In this document: in pieces, positions 28,905 through 37,892 of the stretch
Layout: each line of letters opens with the position of its first letter
Position numbering within the stretch: the stretch's first letter is position 1
From: a virus
Length of the DNA: 64,000 nt
Virus record (IMG/VR): IMGVR_UViG_3300009499_000114
Location: 1 to 64,000 of that record
Reading direction: 5' to 3' (one strand)
Notes under the pieces: generated by a model
What the model saw: only the letters and a program-made list of their open reading frames with translations
Database searches by the model: none
Told to the model about the DNA's origin: nothing
Translations under genes and position numbers: made by a program

Positions 28905-29328
28905 CAATTCTATGCTTCATGTCAAGATCAATTTATTAGTTGCTGAGCATATCTTCGGCGCTGAACGGGGAGAATACGTGTATGGACCAAAAGAGGCCAT
29001 GCCCGAGGGCACGAGAGAAGAGCAGTGGGCTATACCTCCTGATCAAAGATTGTTCTTTGCCTGGTTTACTCCGCCAGGTGAACGCACTGAACCAATTTTA
29101 GGTTATTGCTACAGGAATTTTTCGGAAGAGATTTCGGAAGCATGGCAAGTAGAAGAACGTCTCACGAAAATGAAACTTCAAGATGAGTACATCAATCATT
29201 TACGTGGGATCGTCAATGCGAATGAATGGGTTGAAAATGAGGAATGGCTGATGGTGCACGCTTCACCGAAGGAACGTTGTCTAGCAGCACTAAGAGCAGT
29301 CGGTGTAGTAATTGAGGAACCGGCATGA
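28897..29328 (+). CDS. Phage ABA-sandwich-like protein
   Basis: INLLVAEHIFG...NFSEEISEAWQVEE...SPKERCLAALRAVG. Confidence 0.7.
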   Translation: MGSNSMLHVKINLLVAEHIFGAERGEYVYGPKEAMPEGTREEQWAIPPDQRLFFAWFTPPGERTEPILGYCYRNFSEEISEAWQVEERLTKMKLQDEYINHLRGIVNANEWVENEEWLMVHASPKERCLAALRAVGVVIEEPA

Positions 29329-30188
29329 ACTATCTACCTGTTTCAGCTTGCACTCTCACCCGCGATGCCTTTGCCGGGGGCTGGTGTCTGTTCGAGTCAA
29401 TGGCTTCGCTATTACCGTTCGTGGAAGAACTCGTGGTGATGGACCTGGGCTCAACCGACGGGACCCTAGAAGCTCTGCGCGAGATCGCGGAAGCCAACCC
29501 TAAGTTCAAGATCATTGCTCGGCCCGATTGGCCCAGAGTTGACGCGGGCGTCCTCTCGGATCTAATGAACGAACTCGTGGAGATTTGCCGCTATGAGCGT
29601 GTATTGTGCTTCGGGTCCGATGAAGTGTGGCACGAGGACCTATTGCTTCGCATGGAAGATCACTTTGAGCAGGGCAAGTTTAACCTGACTTTTTGGCGTC
29701 TCCAGTACCGGGATAATTTCCAAAGTATCAAGTGGCCTGCTCACACGGTGCACAGAGTTGGACTCAAGGGACAACTTGATTTTGTCGACGACGCAATGAT
29801 GACACGGAAGAGGCATGGTGCCGAGCTTTGTTCCCAGTACGGCGGTACAACTTATGATCACGACCCGCAAATGAATGATCCGGAGGGCGCCAAGTCTTTC
29901 GTTCATGACATGATCGTAGATGTGTCCAAGGCCGCCTTTCTTGACAATGCCAAGGTGAAAAGCGAACTGCTCGCCCCATTCTGGCACGAGTCGCCTAACG
30001 TTGAGGGCAAACCGACGGACGAGTGGCTGCACGAGGCGAGGGAGAACCCAGACTGGGCACAGACCGAATCGCCATTTAACCTGCCGAAACTTCTGCGCTG
30101 GCACGTCGGGAGGCCACGGTATGAGTTGCGACCCGAGTTGCTGGAGGCGCTGAAGCGAGACGAGACGAGGAAGCTGCTGGGAATATGA
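29325..30188 (+). CDS. Glycosyltransferase family 2
   Basis: ELVVMDLGSTDGT; GSDEVWHE; paralogous to 26675. Confidence 0.8.
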   Translation: MNYLPVSACTLTRDAFAGGWCLFESMASLLPFVEELVVMDLGSTDGTLEALREIAEANPKFKIIARPDWPRVDAGVLSDLMNELVEICRYERVLCFGSDEVWHEDLLLRMEDHFEQGKFNLTFWRLQYRDNFQSIKWPAHTVHRVGLKGQLDFVDDAMMTRKRHGAELCSQYGGTTYDHDPQMNDPEGAKSFVHDMIVDVSKAAFLDNAKVKSELLAPFWHESPNVEGKPTDEWLHEARENPDWAQTESPFNLPKLLRWHVGRPRYELRPELLEALKRDETRKLLGI

Positions 30189-30514
30189 CCTACATCTTGC
30201 GCTGGATGCTGGCTATCTTCGCTACCTACCGTCTGGCTAAATTGCTGGCCGAGGAGGATGGGCCGTTGTTCATCCTCAAGCGGATGCATGAGTTCACTGA
30301 TACCCGGCGAGCATATGAGCAATCTCGATATATAGACGACGGCCCCTGGGCCAGCCTGGACGAGGGGCTGCGCTGCCAGTACTGCGCCGGTGTCTGGGCG
30401 GCGGCCCTGTTTGCGGCCCTGGCGCGGCACCCCACACATTTAGGCGATGCGCTATTAGGCTGGTTGGGCCTGGCGGGGATGCAATCCTACCTATTCAAAA
30501 TCGGGGGCGAATGA
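30185..30514 (+). CDS. DUF1360-like membrane protein
   Basis: ATYRLAKLLAEEDGP...LRCQYCAGVW. Confidence 0.75.
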   Translation: MTYILRWMLAIFATYRLAKLLAEEDGPLFILKRMHEFTDTRRAYEQSRYIDDGPWASLDEGLRCQYCAGVWAAALFAALARHPTHLGDALLGWLGLAGMQSYLFKIGGE

Positions 30515-30551
30515 TGCCATGCACAAAGAAGCGAAAGAAGAAGAGGCGAAA

Positions 30552-31187
30552 GTGACGTCAGGGGACGACACCAGAATCCTGATCCTTGCGGGCGGTAAGG
30601 CAGGTCAGGATCACAAATCTTGGCAGGACAAAAGGGAACGGTTCTTGCTGCCTATCGCTGGCGAACCGTTGCTCCTGCGCACCACCCGATTATGCCGGCA
30701 ACTCGGATATCTGCCGACGATTGTGACCAGTATTCCCGCGGTTCAGGTTGCGGTGGGAAGATATTTCAATCCCGGCCCGAACAAATATGTCTGGGACACG
30801 ATACGCGGCACCCGCGAACTGTGGCGGAAGCGCACCGTATTCCTGGTGGGTGACGTGCTTTTCTTCACCGACACGCTTGAGCGGATCTTGACTTCACGGG
30901 AAACCTGCTCCTGGGAAGGAACCTGGGGAGGAGACACTTTCGGTGTGATCGCGGTCGTCTTCAACGACGAGAAGTGGGAGACCGTCTCAGGCTGGTGCGA
31001 ACTCGCCTGGCAGGAAGCTGAGCGAAGGGGCAACAGCGTCCTCCAGATTCTCAAGCAGTTGAAGTTGATCGAGAACGTGATATACGATGACGCGCGGGAC
31101 GACGTGTATGACTTTGACCTGGTCCGATATTGGGAAGAGTGCGTAACACGCTTTCCGTGGATACTGGGCAATGAACCTCAGGACTAA
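30552..31187 (+). CDS. Nucleotidyltransferase-like protein (NTP_transferase fold)
   Basis: ILILAGG...LLPIAGEPLL.RT...VFLVGDV...DFD. Confidence 0.65.
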   Translation: MTSGDDTRILILAGGKAGQDHKSWQDKRERFLLPIAGEPLLLRTTRLCRQLGYLPTIVTSIPAVQVAVGRYFNPGPNKYVWDTIRGTRELWRKRTVFLVGDVLFFTDTLERILTSRETCSWEGTWGGDTFGVIAVVFNDEKWETVSGWCELAWQEAERRGNSVLQILKQLKLIENVIYDDARDDVYDFDLVRYWEECVTRFPWILGNEPQD

Positions 31188-31590
31188 ACGGGTAGTGTTC
31201 ACCTCGGGCGTGTGGGACTTGCTGCACGAGGGGCATCGTAACCGCCTACGAGGGGCGAAGGCCCTGGGCGATACATTGGTGGTGGGGATAGTCACCGACG
31301 AGTTTGCAAGGTCGTATAAAGACCCGCCCGTCTGGGATTACGAACGGCGCTTTGAGGAAGTGGTCAGTTTGCCCTACGTGGACATCGCCGTTCCGCTTGG
31401 GGGGTTTACAGACTATTGGGCCATCGAAGAATATGGGGTAAGTGTACGGGTGATCGGCCCTGAGTACGGGCGGTTTACGGGCCAGGTAGAGGCTCGGGCT
31501 GAACTTGAACGGCGGGGCATCAAGTTTGTCGTCTTGCCCCGCACCCCGGGGATTTCGTCTACCCAATTACGAAAGAAAACGGAGGTTTGA
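31171..31590 (+). CDS. HxGH cytidylyltransferase (TagD/RfaE domain II-like)
   Basis: TSGVWDLLHEGH, LGDTLVVG..TDE, RTPGISST. Confidence 0.9.
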   Translation: MNLRTKRVVFTSGVWDLLHEGHRNRLRGAKALGDTLVVGIVTDEFARSYKDPPVWDYERRFEEVVSLPYVDIAVPLGGFTDYWAIEEYGVSVRVIGPEYGRFTGQVEARAELERRGIKFVVLPRTPGISSTQLRKKTEV

Positions 31591-32415
31591 ATGAAGAACT
31601 TGTTGATTGCGCTTATCCTGACCGTCCTGGCCGGGTGCGCCCCGCAAACTAGATCTTTGACCTACGTCATCATCCCGGCCGAGGAGGCCGTAAAATCGCA
31701 GGGGCAATTTGAGCCGTTCGTTGAATACCTCTCCGGCAGACTGGGGCGCGAGGTGGAGTTGATGGTCGTGTCCGACTACGCGGCCGTGGTCGAGGCCATG
31801 AAGTACGGTCACGCCGACATCGCCAGGTTTGGCCCCTTCAACTACGTCCTAGCTATGCAGGAGGCAGACATTGAAGTCCTCGTGGCAGGAATCAAAGAAA
31901 ATACCATGGGGCCGTCTTATCACGCGCTGATTATCGCCCGGGCCGACCGGGGCGTCACCGACTTGGAGGGGAAGTCCTTTGCATTCTCGGATGTGGGCTC
32001 GGCTTCGGGCTATCTGGCTCCCATGACGTATTTGCAGGAAAACGGGATACAGCCTGGCGAGATATTCTTCTCTGGCTCGCACAGTGCGTCCATCGAGGCT
32101 GTTAGGAATGGGACCGTGGACGTCGCGGCCCTAGCCGACAATCGCTACCTGGAGGCGCTAAAGGAAGGCGTCATCAATATAGGAGAGTTCGTCATCTTGT
32201 GGGAATCTAGCCCCATCCCGAATTCGCCCATCGCGGTCCAGAAATCAATGGACCCGAACCTGAAGGCGCAAATCTTGGGAGCATTCCTCGAAGCGCCAAG
32301 GGAGATTGTGGAGGGACTGGGCATCGGGGAAGTCGACTACGTTAGGATACAGGACAGTGACTATGACATCATCCGGCAGATGCAGGAGACGCAGGAACGC
32401 CTGGCTGGGGATTGA
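31591..32415 (+). CDS. phnD: Phosphate/phosphite/phosphonate ABC substrate-binding lipoprotein
   Basis: Lipobox LAGC; DYAAVVEAM..DIARFGPFNY; FSDVGSASGYLAP; GSH; LWESSPIPNSP. Confidence 0.9.
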   Translation: MKNLLIALILTVLAGCAPQTRSLTYVIIPAEEAVKSQGQFEPFVEYLSGRLGREVELMVVSDYAAVVEAMKYGHADIARFGPFNYVLAMQEADIEVLVAGIKENTMGPSYHALIIARADRGVTDLEGKSFAFSDVGSASGYLAPMTYLQENGIQPGEIFFSGSHSASIEAVRNGTVDVAALADNRYLEALKEGVINIGEFVILWESSPIPNSPIAVQKSMDPNLKAQILGAFLEAPREIVEGLGIGEVDYVRIQDSDYDIIRQMQETQERLAGD

Positions 32416-33157
32416 AGTCCTCGCCCTCGTAGTTCTTTTCTCGTGGTCAATCGGCGGCGTCGCGGACGACCTGTCGCGCATCCTTGTGGGGTTCCCGTTC
32501 ATCTGCGATTATCTTGCGGGGATGATCCCGCCCGACTGGTCAATCCTGCCGGAACTTTGGGGACCATGGGTTGAAACGTTAAGAATGGCAATCCTGAGCA
32601 TCATGTTGGCGTCTGTGATTGCGTTACCGCTCTCATTTCTGGCCGCGGTCAGTACGACATCTAACATCTTAACATACGCAATGGCACGGAGTCTCATCAA
32701 CTTATTTCGGGGCTTGCCAACCTTGTTACTGGCTATCTTGTTCGTGGCAATGGTTGGGCTTGGGCCTTTGGCCGGGGTATTTGCGCTGACCTGTCACTGC
32801 ATCGGGTCGTTGGGCAAGTATTTCTCGGAGGCCATCGAGGCCACGATACCCGTAGTAACCGACATTATGGAAGCCATGCAGGTAGATGGGGCCAGCAGGG
32901 GCTTGGCTCTTTGGTATGGATTGTTGCCCGAGATAGCGCCACTGTTCGCTGGCTACATCCTGTACTACTTTGAGTGGGCGTTAAGAGTTGGAACTGTGAT
33001 GGGTCTGGTCGGGGCCGGGGGCCTTGGATTATACCTGACAATGACGGTGCGCCTGTTCAAGCGGCAGCAGACGCTGGCGGTCGTGCTGGTCATCCTGGCT
33101 ACCGTGACGGCGGTGGACGTGCTGAGCTACGTTGTGCGCTCAAGGTGGATTGATTGA
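32363..33157 (+). CDS. phnE: Phosphonate ABC permease
   Basis: MIPPDW..ETLRMA; GLGPLAGVFAL; GKYFSEAIE; EAA-like EAMQVDGAS; MGLVGAGGLG. Confidence 0.9.
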   Translation: MTSSGRCRRRRNAWLGIEVLALVVLFSWSIGGVADDLSRILVGFPFICDYLAGMIPPDWSILPELWGPWVETLRMAILSIMLASVIALPLSFLAAVSTTSNILTYAMARSLINLFRGLPTLLLAILFVAMVGLGPLAGVFALTCHCIGSLGKYFSEAIEATIPVVTDIMEAMQVDGASRGLALWYGLLPEIAPLFAGYILYYFEWALRVGTVMGLVGAGGLGLYLTMTVRLFKRQQTLAVVLVILATVTAVDVLSYVVRSRWID

Positions 33158-33888
33158 TGAATGATTGCAGGATATTTGTACCCGTATCAAACCGCTTTCA
33201 ATGGGAACTTGGGCCGTTCTTTCATCTGTTCAACAAGTTTTGGGACGCAAACCTTCCAGTTACGGTACTGAGTTCGAGAAAGCCGAATTTCCAGTTTGAA
33301 AATCTGGAATACGTGCAAGTTCCGGGCCATCTTTTCCAGGAAGGCGATTGGTACTGGGGCTTGTTCGGGAACGGAATAAAGTGGTTTCTCGAGCAGATAC
33401 CGGAGTCAAATGTAATCATCATGATGGCTGATCACTGGCCGAAAGAGCCCGTGGACACCGAGACCATCGCTATCCTGCTGGAGTACGCTTCTGATCACAA
33501 AGATGTTTTCCGCATCTCCCTGTTTCCCCATCATGCATTATCGGTCCTGGAACGCACTGAAATATATAAGGGAGTTGAACTTTGGGAGTGCCCTGGCCAC
33601 CAGCCGGGATGTTTCCTCTTGATGAGCCTAGTACCCGCGATATGGAACAGGGATTTACTGATTGAGGCGGTAAAAGAGGACTGCGGCCCGTGGGAGTTTG
33701 AAGCTTTAGGCTCAAATATACTGAAGGCGAAATCCCCTGGCCTCAGGCACATCATTTCAATCCCGCAGGCTATCTATTATGCTCACGTCGCCCGCACCAG
33801 GGCGAAACAGATCCACTTGAGCGCCATGCCCGCGAATCTCGCCGAGGAAATTAAGAAATGGATTCCCAGCGACATCCAAGTAAAATAG
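33154..33888 (+). CDS. Putative glycosyltransferase-like protein
   Basis: FFHLFNKFW; VIIMMADHW..PVD; PAIWNRDLL..PWEFE. Confidence 0.55.
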   Translation: MMNDCRIFVPVSNRFQWELGPFFHLFNKFWDANLPVTVLSSRKPNFQFENLEYVQVPGHLFQEGDWYWGLFGNGIKWFLEQIPESNVIIMMADHWPKEPVDTETIAILLEYASDHKDVFRISLFPHHALSVLERTEIYKGVELWECPGHQPGCFLLMSLVPAIWNRDLLIEAVKEDCGPWEFEALGSNILKAKSPGLRHIISIPQAIYYAHVARTRAKQIHLSAMPANLAEEIKKWIPSDIQVK

Positions 33889-35099
33889 CCTGCCTGGTCT
33901 GTGGTGGCCCAGTCGAGCCATTCCTGGACCTGGGTAGGATGCCCCTCGCGAATGGATTTGTCCTGCCCGACGAGTTCAGTTCTGAATATTTCTACGATCT
34001 GAGAGTCGGGTTTTGTTCAGGCTGCATGATGGTTCAATTAACGGAAGTCGTGGAACCCGAAAGGATTTTCCACGACCGCTACCCATTCTATTCATCCAGT
34101 TCGGCAGGAATGGTAAAGCACTTCAGAAAGTTCGCAGGTGAAGTTCTTGAGTCCATTCAGGAAAAAGTAAATCCTTTCGTGGTTGAAATCGGCAGTAACG
34201 ATGGGACCCTGTTGCGTCATTTCGCTGATGCCGAAGTACGGCACCTTGGCATTGACCCCTCGACGAACGTCGTTCAGGTAGCAATCAACAGAGAGATAGA
34301 CACACTCTGTCGATTTTTCAATGAGGACACGGCGCGCCAGGTAGTAGCAGACCATGGTCAGGCTGACGTAATCCTGGCCGCGAACGTATTGCGGCACATG
34401 GCTGACCTGAATTCCAAGGTTCTGGGAATTAAATCGCTGCTCAATCCGGGGGGGCGTCTCATATTTGAAGAACCGTACCTGGGTGATATCATTGATATGG
34501 CGTCCTACGACCAGATATACGACGAGCACGTCTTCTATTTTTCTGTTATCTCAGTGTGTAATCTTTTCAAGCGGCACGGGATGGAAGTGATAGACATCAG
34601 GCATCAGAACGTGCATGGGGGGACCATGCGCTTCACAGTCGCCCACGAAAATGTTTACCAGCCCTCTTGGGTTGTGAGACTTCAACGAAGATACGAGAAA
34701 ATAACTGGATTGCACGAACTGGAAACTTATGAAACTTTTTCTTTCCGTACTGAACTTTCGCTTGCCAGACTCGAGGAACTATTAAGGGACCTGAAAAAGA
34801 AAGGGAATCGCGTCATCGGGTATGGCGCAAGCGCCAAGAGCACAATTGTGATCAATAGCTGTGGTATCACGTCCGACGTGATTGAATTCATCGCGGATAC
34901 CACGCCCGAGAAGCAGGGTAAATGCAGCCCCGGGAATCACATCCCTGTGCGGCCCCGAGAGGCGTTCACCTCGGATTACCCAGATTATGCGCTGCTGTTC
35001 ATCTGGAATCACTGCGAGGAAGTCTTGAAAAAAGAGCGAGATTTCAAGGCCGCCGGCGGCAAATGGATAGTGTACGTGCCAGAAGTGAGGATATTATAA
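33858..35099 (+). CDS. NDP-sugar C-methyltransferase (Zn domain + SAM domain + C-MT C-terminal domain)
   Basis: CLVC..FLDLGRMPLANGF..CSGC; EIGSNDG; YDEH.FYFS; HGG; GYGASAK; DTTPEKQGK. Confidence 0.9.
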   Translation: MDSQRHPSKIACLVCGGPVEPFLDLGRMPLANGFVLPDEFSSEYFYDLRVGFCSGCMMVQLTEVVEPERIFHDRYPFYSSSSAGMVKHFRKFAGEVLESIQEKVNPFVVEIGSNDGTLLRHFADAEVRHLGIDPSTNVVQVAINREIDTLCRFFNEDTARQVVADHGQADVILAANVLRHMADLNSKVLGIKSLLNPGGRLIFEEPYLGDIIDMASYDQIYDEHVFYFSVISVCNLFKRHGMEVIDIRHQNVHGGTMRFTVAHENVYQPSWVVRLQRRYEKITGLHELETYETFSFRTELSLARLEELLRDLKKKGNRVIGYGASAKSTIVINSCGITSDVIEFIADTTPEKQGKCSPGNHIPVRPREAFTSDYPDYALLFIWNHCEEVLKKERDFKAAGGKWIVYVPEVRIL

Positions 35100-35116
35100 T
35101 CGGGGATGTAAAATAC

Positions 35117-35690
35117 TTGACACCGGGTCTCATCGAGAACTTGCGACAGAAAGCCGTAGATTGCGAACTGCTCGGAGATGGTCACCTAGATGGTCTCTTT
35201 CTCAATGATACGAAGCGCATCTATTATCGATTCTTGTATTTCCTAGTCCAAGAATTGCAGCCCGCGATTTCCGTCGAACTCGGGATAGGCTGGGGAAGGC
35301 GGCACCGCTCACCTGGCTGCTGGTTGGCCGGAAGGCAAGGTGTTTGGAGTAGATGTCCAGGTGCACAGAGGTTGGCCGATATCTACCAAGCCGTATGACA
35401 AAATCACTCTCCTGTTAGGCAGGTCAGACGCGCCCGATATTCTAGCCCAGTTTGAAAATGACAGCGTCGATCTGTGTTTCGTGGACAGTGATCATGCTGG
35501 AGTATATGTGTTGCGGGAAGTTGAATTGTGGACGCCGAAAATGCGCGATGGCGGGATATTCGTCTTTGACGATTTGGATCTTGACGCGGGGATGAAAGAG
35601 GTGCTGCCGGCATTGCCTTTCAGGCAAAAGGGTAATTTGCCCGGCTTGCACTACATGGGATTCGGTTATGCAGTGGTGGAGAAAACTTAG
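35117..35690 (+). pseudogene. Methyltransf_24-type SAM methyltransferase split by a 1-nt frameshift
   Basis: YYRFLYFL..VELGIGWG in one frame continues as GGTAHLAAGWPEGKVFGVD..DLCFVDSDH..FDD in the next frame at ~35292-35297; paralog of 39420. Confidence 0.75.
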
Positions 35691-36994
35691 TGAAAACATT
35701 GGTCTTAAACCTTTGCGCTGGGCTGATGGGGGATGCGCATTATTCCTGGCGGCACGAGACACCCCGCCACTTGATGCAGATCGCGGGGGAACCCCAGGTC
35801 CGTCGGACATTGCGCCTCGTCCGTAGATTTGGTTTTGACGCCATCACGGTCACCAAGAGTCAGCGCATCAAGGATGTCGTGAAGAACATTTTTGAACCAG
35901 CGGAAGACTATCTGCTGTGGGACACGATGCTCAGCACCCGCGAGCTTTGGGACCAGGCAGACCGGGTCGTCTTTATTCTGGGTGACCAGGTCCTATATGA
36001 AGATTTTTTACGAGATTTATTTGGCTGGGAAGGGTCTTGTGTCTATGAAGCCGATCATGGCCCTCCTGCTGCCATCTTTGCACGGGAAGATTACGACAAA
36101 TGTGAAAAGGGGTTGAGGCATCTCAAAGAAACCCAGAAACTCTACCAAGATTGCATGCAAAATGTTGAAGGCTTTATAGTAATAGTACCTAGATACAAAA
36201 AAAGGAGTTTGCCCGATCTGGATAACACGAGAATATGGGACGCCTGGGTTGCAAAAGAGCCCTGGGTTCTGGAAAGGCCAAAGCCCGTGCTGGTCTACCT
36301 CGCTGCGGGAAGGGCCTCGCGTCTCAGTCCCACGTCTGACGCCTGCCCCAAGGCGATGGTTGAGGTAGGGGGCAAACCCCTGGTAGGGCGGGTGCTGGAT
36401 GAGTTCCTGAAATACGGTCTGGGACTCATCGTGGTCTCGGTGGGATATAAAGGCGACCAGATCGAGTCCTACCTGGGCTCCGCGAGAGGAGGCGTACCTA
36501 TCAAGTATGTCAATTGCCCAGACTACGAGAACGTCGGATCCGGGACTTCCTTCCGTCTCGCGAAGGATTATTTGGTAGAGAGAGACTGCTTCCTGGCCGA
36601 AGGCGACTTCTTGCTGTCCCCCGACCTGGTGCGGCGGCTCGCTATTTCGCCGTACCAGGACTGCGGAATCACCGACCCGTGCCTGCCAGAAGCCAGGGAC
36701 CGGGGCGTATTCGCTTTCGGACAAGGGGGGCTGATCGAACGCATCGTGGCCCCCTATGACTTGGACTACGACCCCGCTCTACAGCCCGACTCCCTGGGTG
36801 AAATGCCCCACGTCTTCAAGTTTTCCCGGGGGGCGGTAGAAATCCTGCTAGAATTCATTGACGAGCAACTGGTCGATTCGGTCAACGCTGTAATGCAGAG
36901 GCTTCCGGTGTACTCAATTCCCGCCGGCGAATCGGCGTGGGCGCACATTAATACAGAGAAGGGCCTTGATTATGCACAGAAAATCGTTGCATAA
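35690..36994 (+). CDS. Two-domain nucleotidyltransferase; C-terminal LicC/PntC-like cytidylyltransferase
   Basis: N-domain paralogous to 30552 (HLMQIAGEPQVRRT..VFILGD); C-domain LAAGRASRL..PKAMVEVGGKPL..VGYK..Y..N...EGD..WAHINT. Confidence 0.8.
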   Translation: MKTLVLNLCAGLMGDAHYSWRHETPRHLMQIAGEPQVRRTLRLVRRFGFDAITVTKSQRIKDVVKNIFEPAEDYLLWDTMLSTRELWDQADRVVFILGDQVLYEDFLRDLFGWEGSCVYEADHGPPAAIFAREDYDKCEKGLRHLKETQKLYQDCMQNVEGFIVIVPRYKKRSLPDLDNTRIWDAWVAKEPWVLERPKPVLVYLAAGRASRLSPTSDACPKAMVEVGGKPLVGRVLDEFLKYGLGLIVVSVGYKGDQIESYLGSARGGVPIKYVNCPDYENVGSGTSFRLAKDYLVERDCFLAEGDFLLSPDLVRRLAISPYQDCGITDPCLPEARDRGVFAFGQGGLIERIVAPYDLDYDPALQPDSLGEMPHVFKFSRGAVEILLEFIDEQLVDSVNAVMQRLPVYSIPAGESAWAHINTEKGLDYAQKIVA

Positions 36995-37016
36995 GGCTAT
37001 TCAAAAGGAGAGTGAT

Positions 37017-37892
37017 GTGAAAGGTCGGTATTTGATTTTGGTAAGTATCCTGATCGTGGTTCTGTTGTCTGGCCTGGGTTTTCTGGCCTATCGTTCATTA
37101 TGTGTCCCCGAAAGGGAAACTATAACGTTCGTATTCCATCCAGGGGAATCGATGGAACTGGGGGTCTTGAAGGAAAACTTTGGGCCTATCTTTGTAGCAT
37201 TGTCCGCAAAATTGGATATGGACTACGATGTTAAACTCGGGTCGAGTTACGCGGCGACGATGGAATCCCTGCGCAACGGCACGGCGGACGTTTCCCGCAT
37301 CGGATCATCCATGTATGTACTGACCAGGGACGAGATTGACTTTAGATTAGTCGCCTGGGATATCATGGACGGCGAGGACCATTACCACGCCGTACTACTG
37401 GGCAGACCCGGCATCTGGGAGGAGCCGTTCACGTTTGAACAACTGAGAGGCAAGACGGTCGCCTTCGTGGATCCGAGTTCTACTTCTGGATACATTGCTC
37501 CTATGACCGCGATGCTAGACGCGGGGGTCGCGCTTGAGGACCTGGGCAAGTATTCATTCGGGACGACGCATCCAGTTGCAATTGAGGCCATGCTCAATGG
37601 TGTAGCAGACGTGGCTTGCACCGGGGACGCCATGATACCCGAGATTGAGGACTCTGGGTCACTTGAGGGAGAAGATTTCATCGTGCTGTGGGAATCGCCC
37701 CCATTGGTGATGGATGTTTGGGTCATCGGTCCAGGCGTTGGAACTGAAAAAGCTGATAGAATTGCCGAGGCACTGCTTAATTTACCCGATGAAGTATTTG
37801 AGGGTTGCTGGATCGACGGTTTCTCGCCAGTGGATTTGAGCGCCTATGAATTCAGTGAGAAGATGCTTCGGGCGGTGGGTGAAATTGAGTGA
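37017..37892 (+). CDS. phnD: Second phosphate/phosphite/phosphonate ABC substrate-binding protein
   Basis: N-terminal anchor; SSYAATMESLRNG; AFVDPSSTSGYIAP; GTTH; LWESPP. Confidence 0.88.
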   Translation: MKGRYLILVSILIVVLLSGLGFLAYRSLCVPERETITFVFHPGESMELGVLKENFGPIFVALSAKLDMDYDVKLGSSYAATMESLRNGTADVSRIGSSMYVLTRDEIDFRLVAWDIMDGEDHYHAVLLGRPGIWEEPFTFEQLRGKTVAFVDPSSTSGYIAPMTAMLDAGVALEDLGKYSFGTTHPVAIEAMLNGVADVACTGDAMIPEIEDSGSLEGEDFIVLWESPPLVMDVWVIGPGVGTEKADRIAEALLNLPDEVFEGCWIDGFSPVDLSAYEFSEKMLRAVGEIE

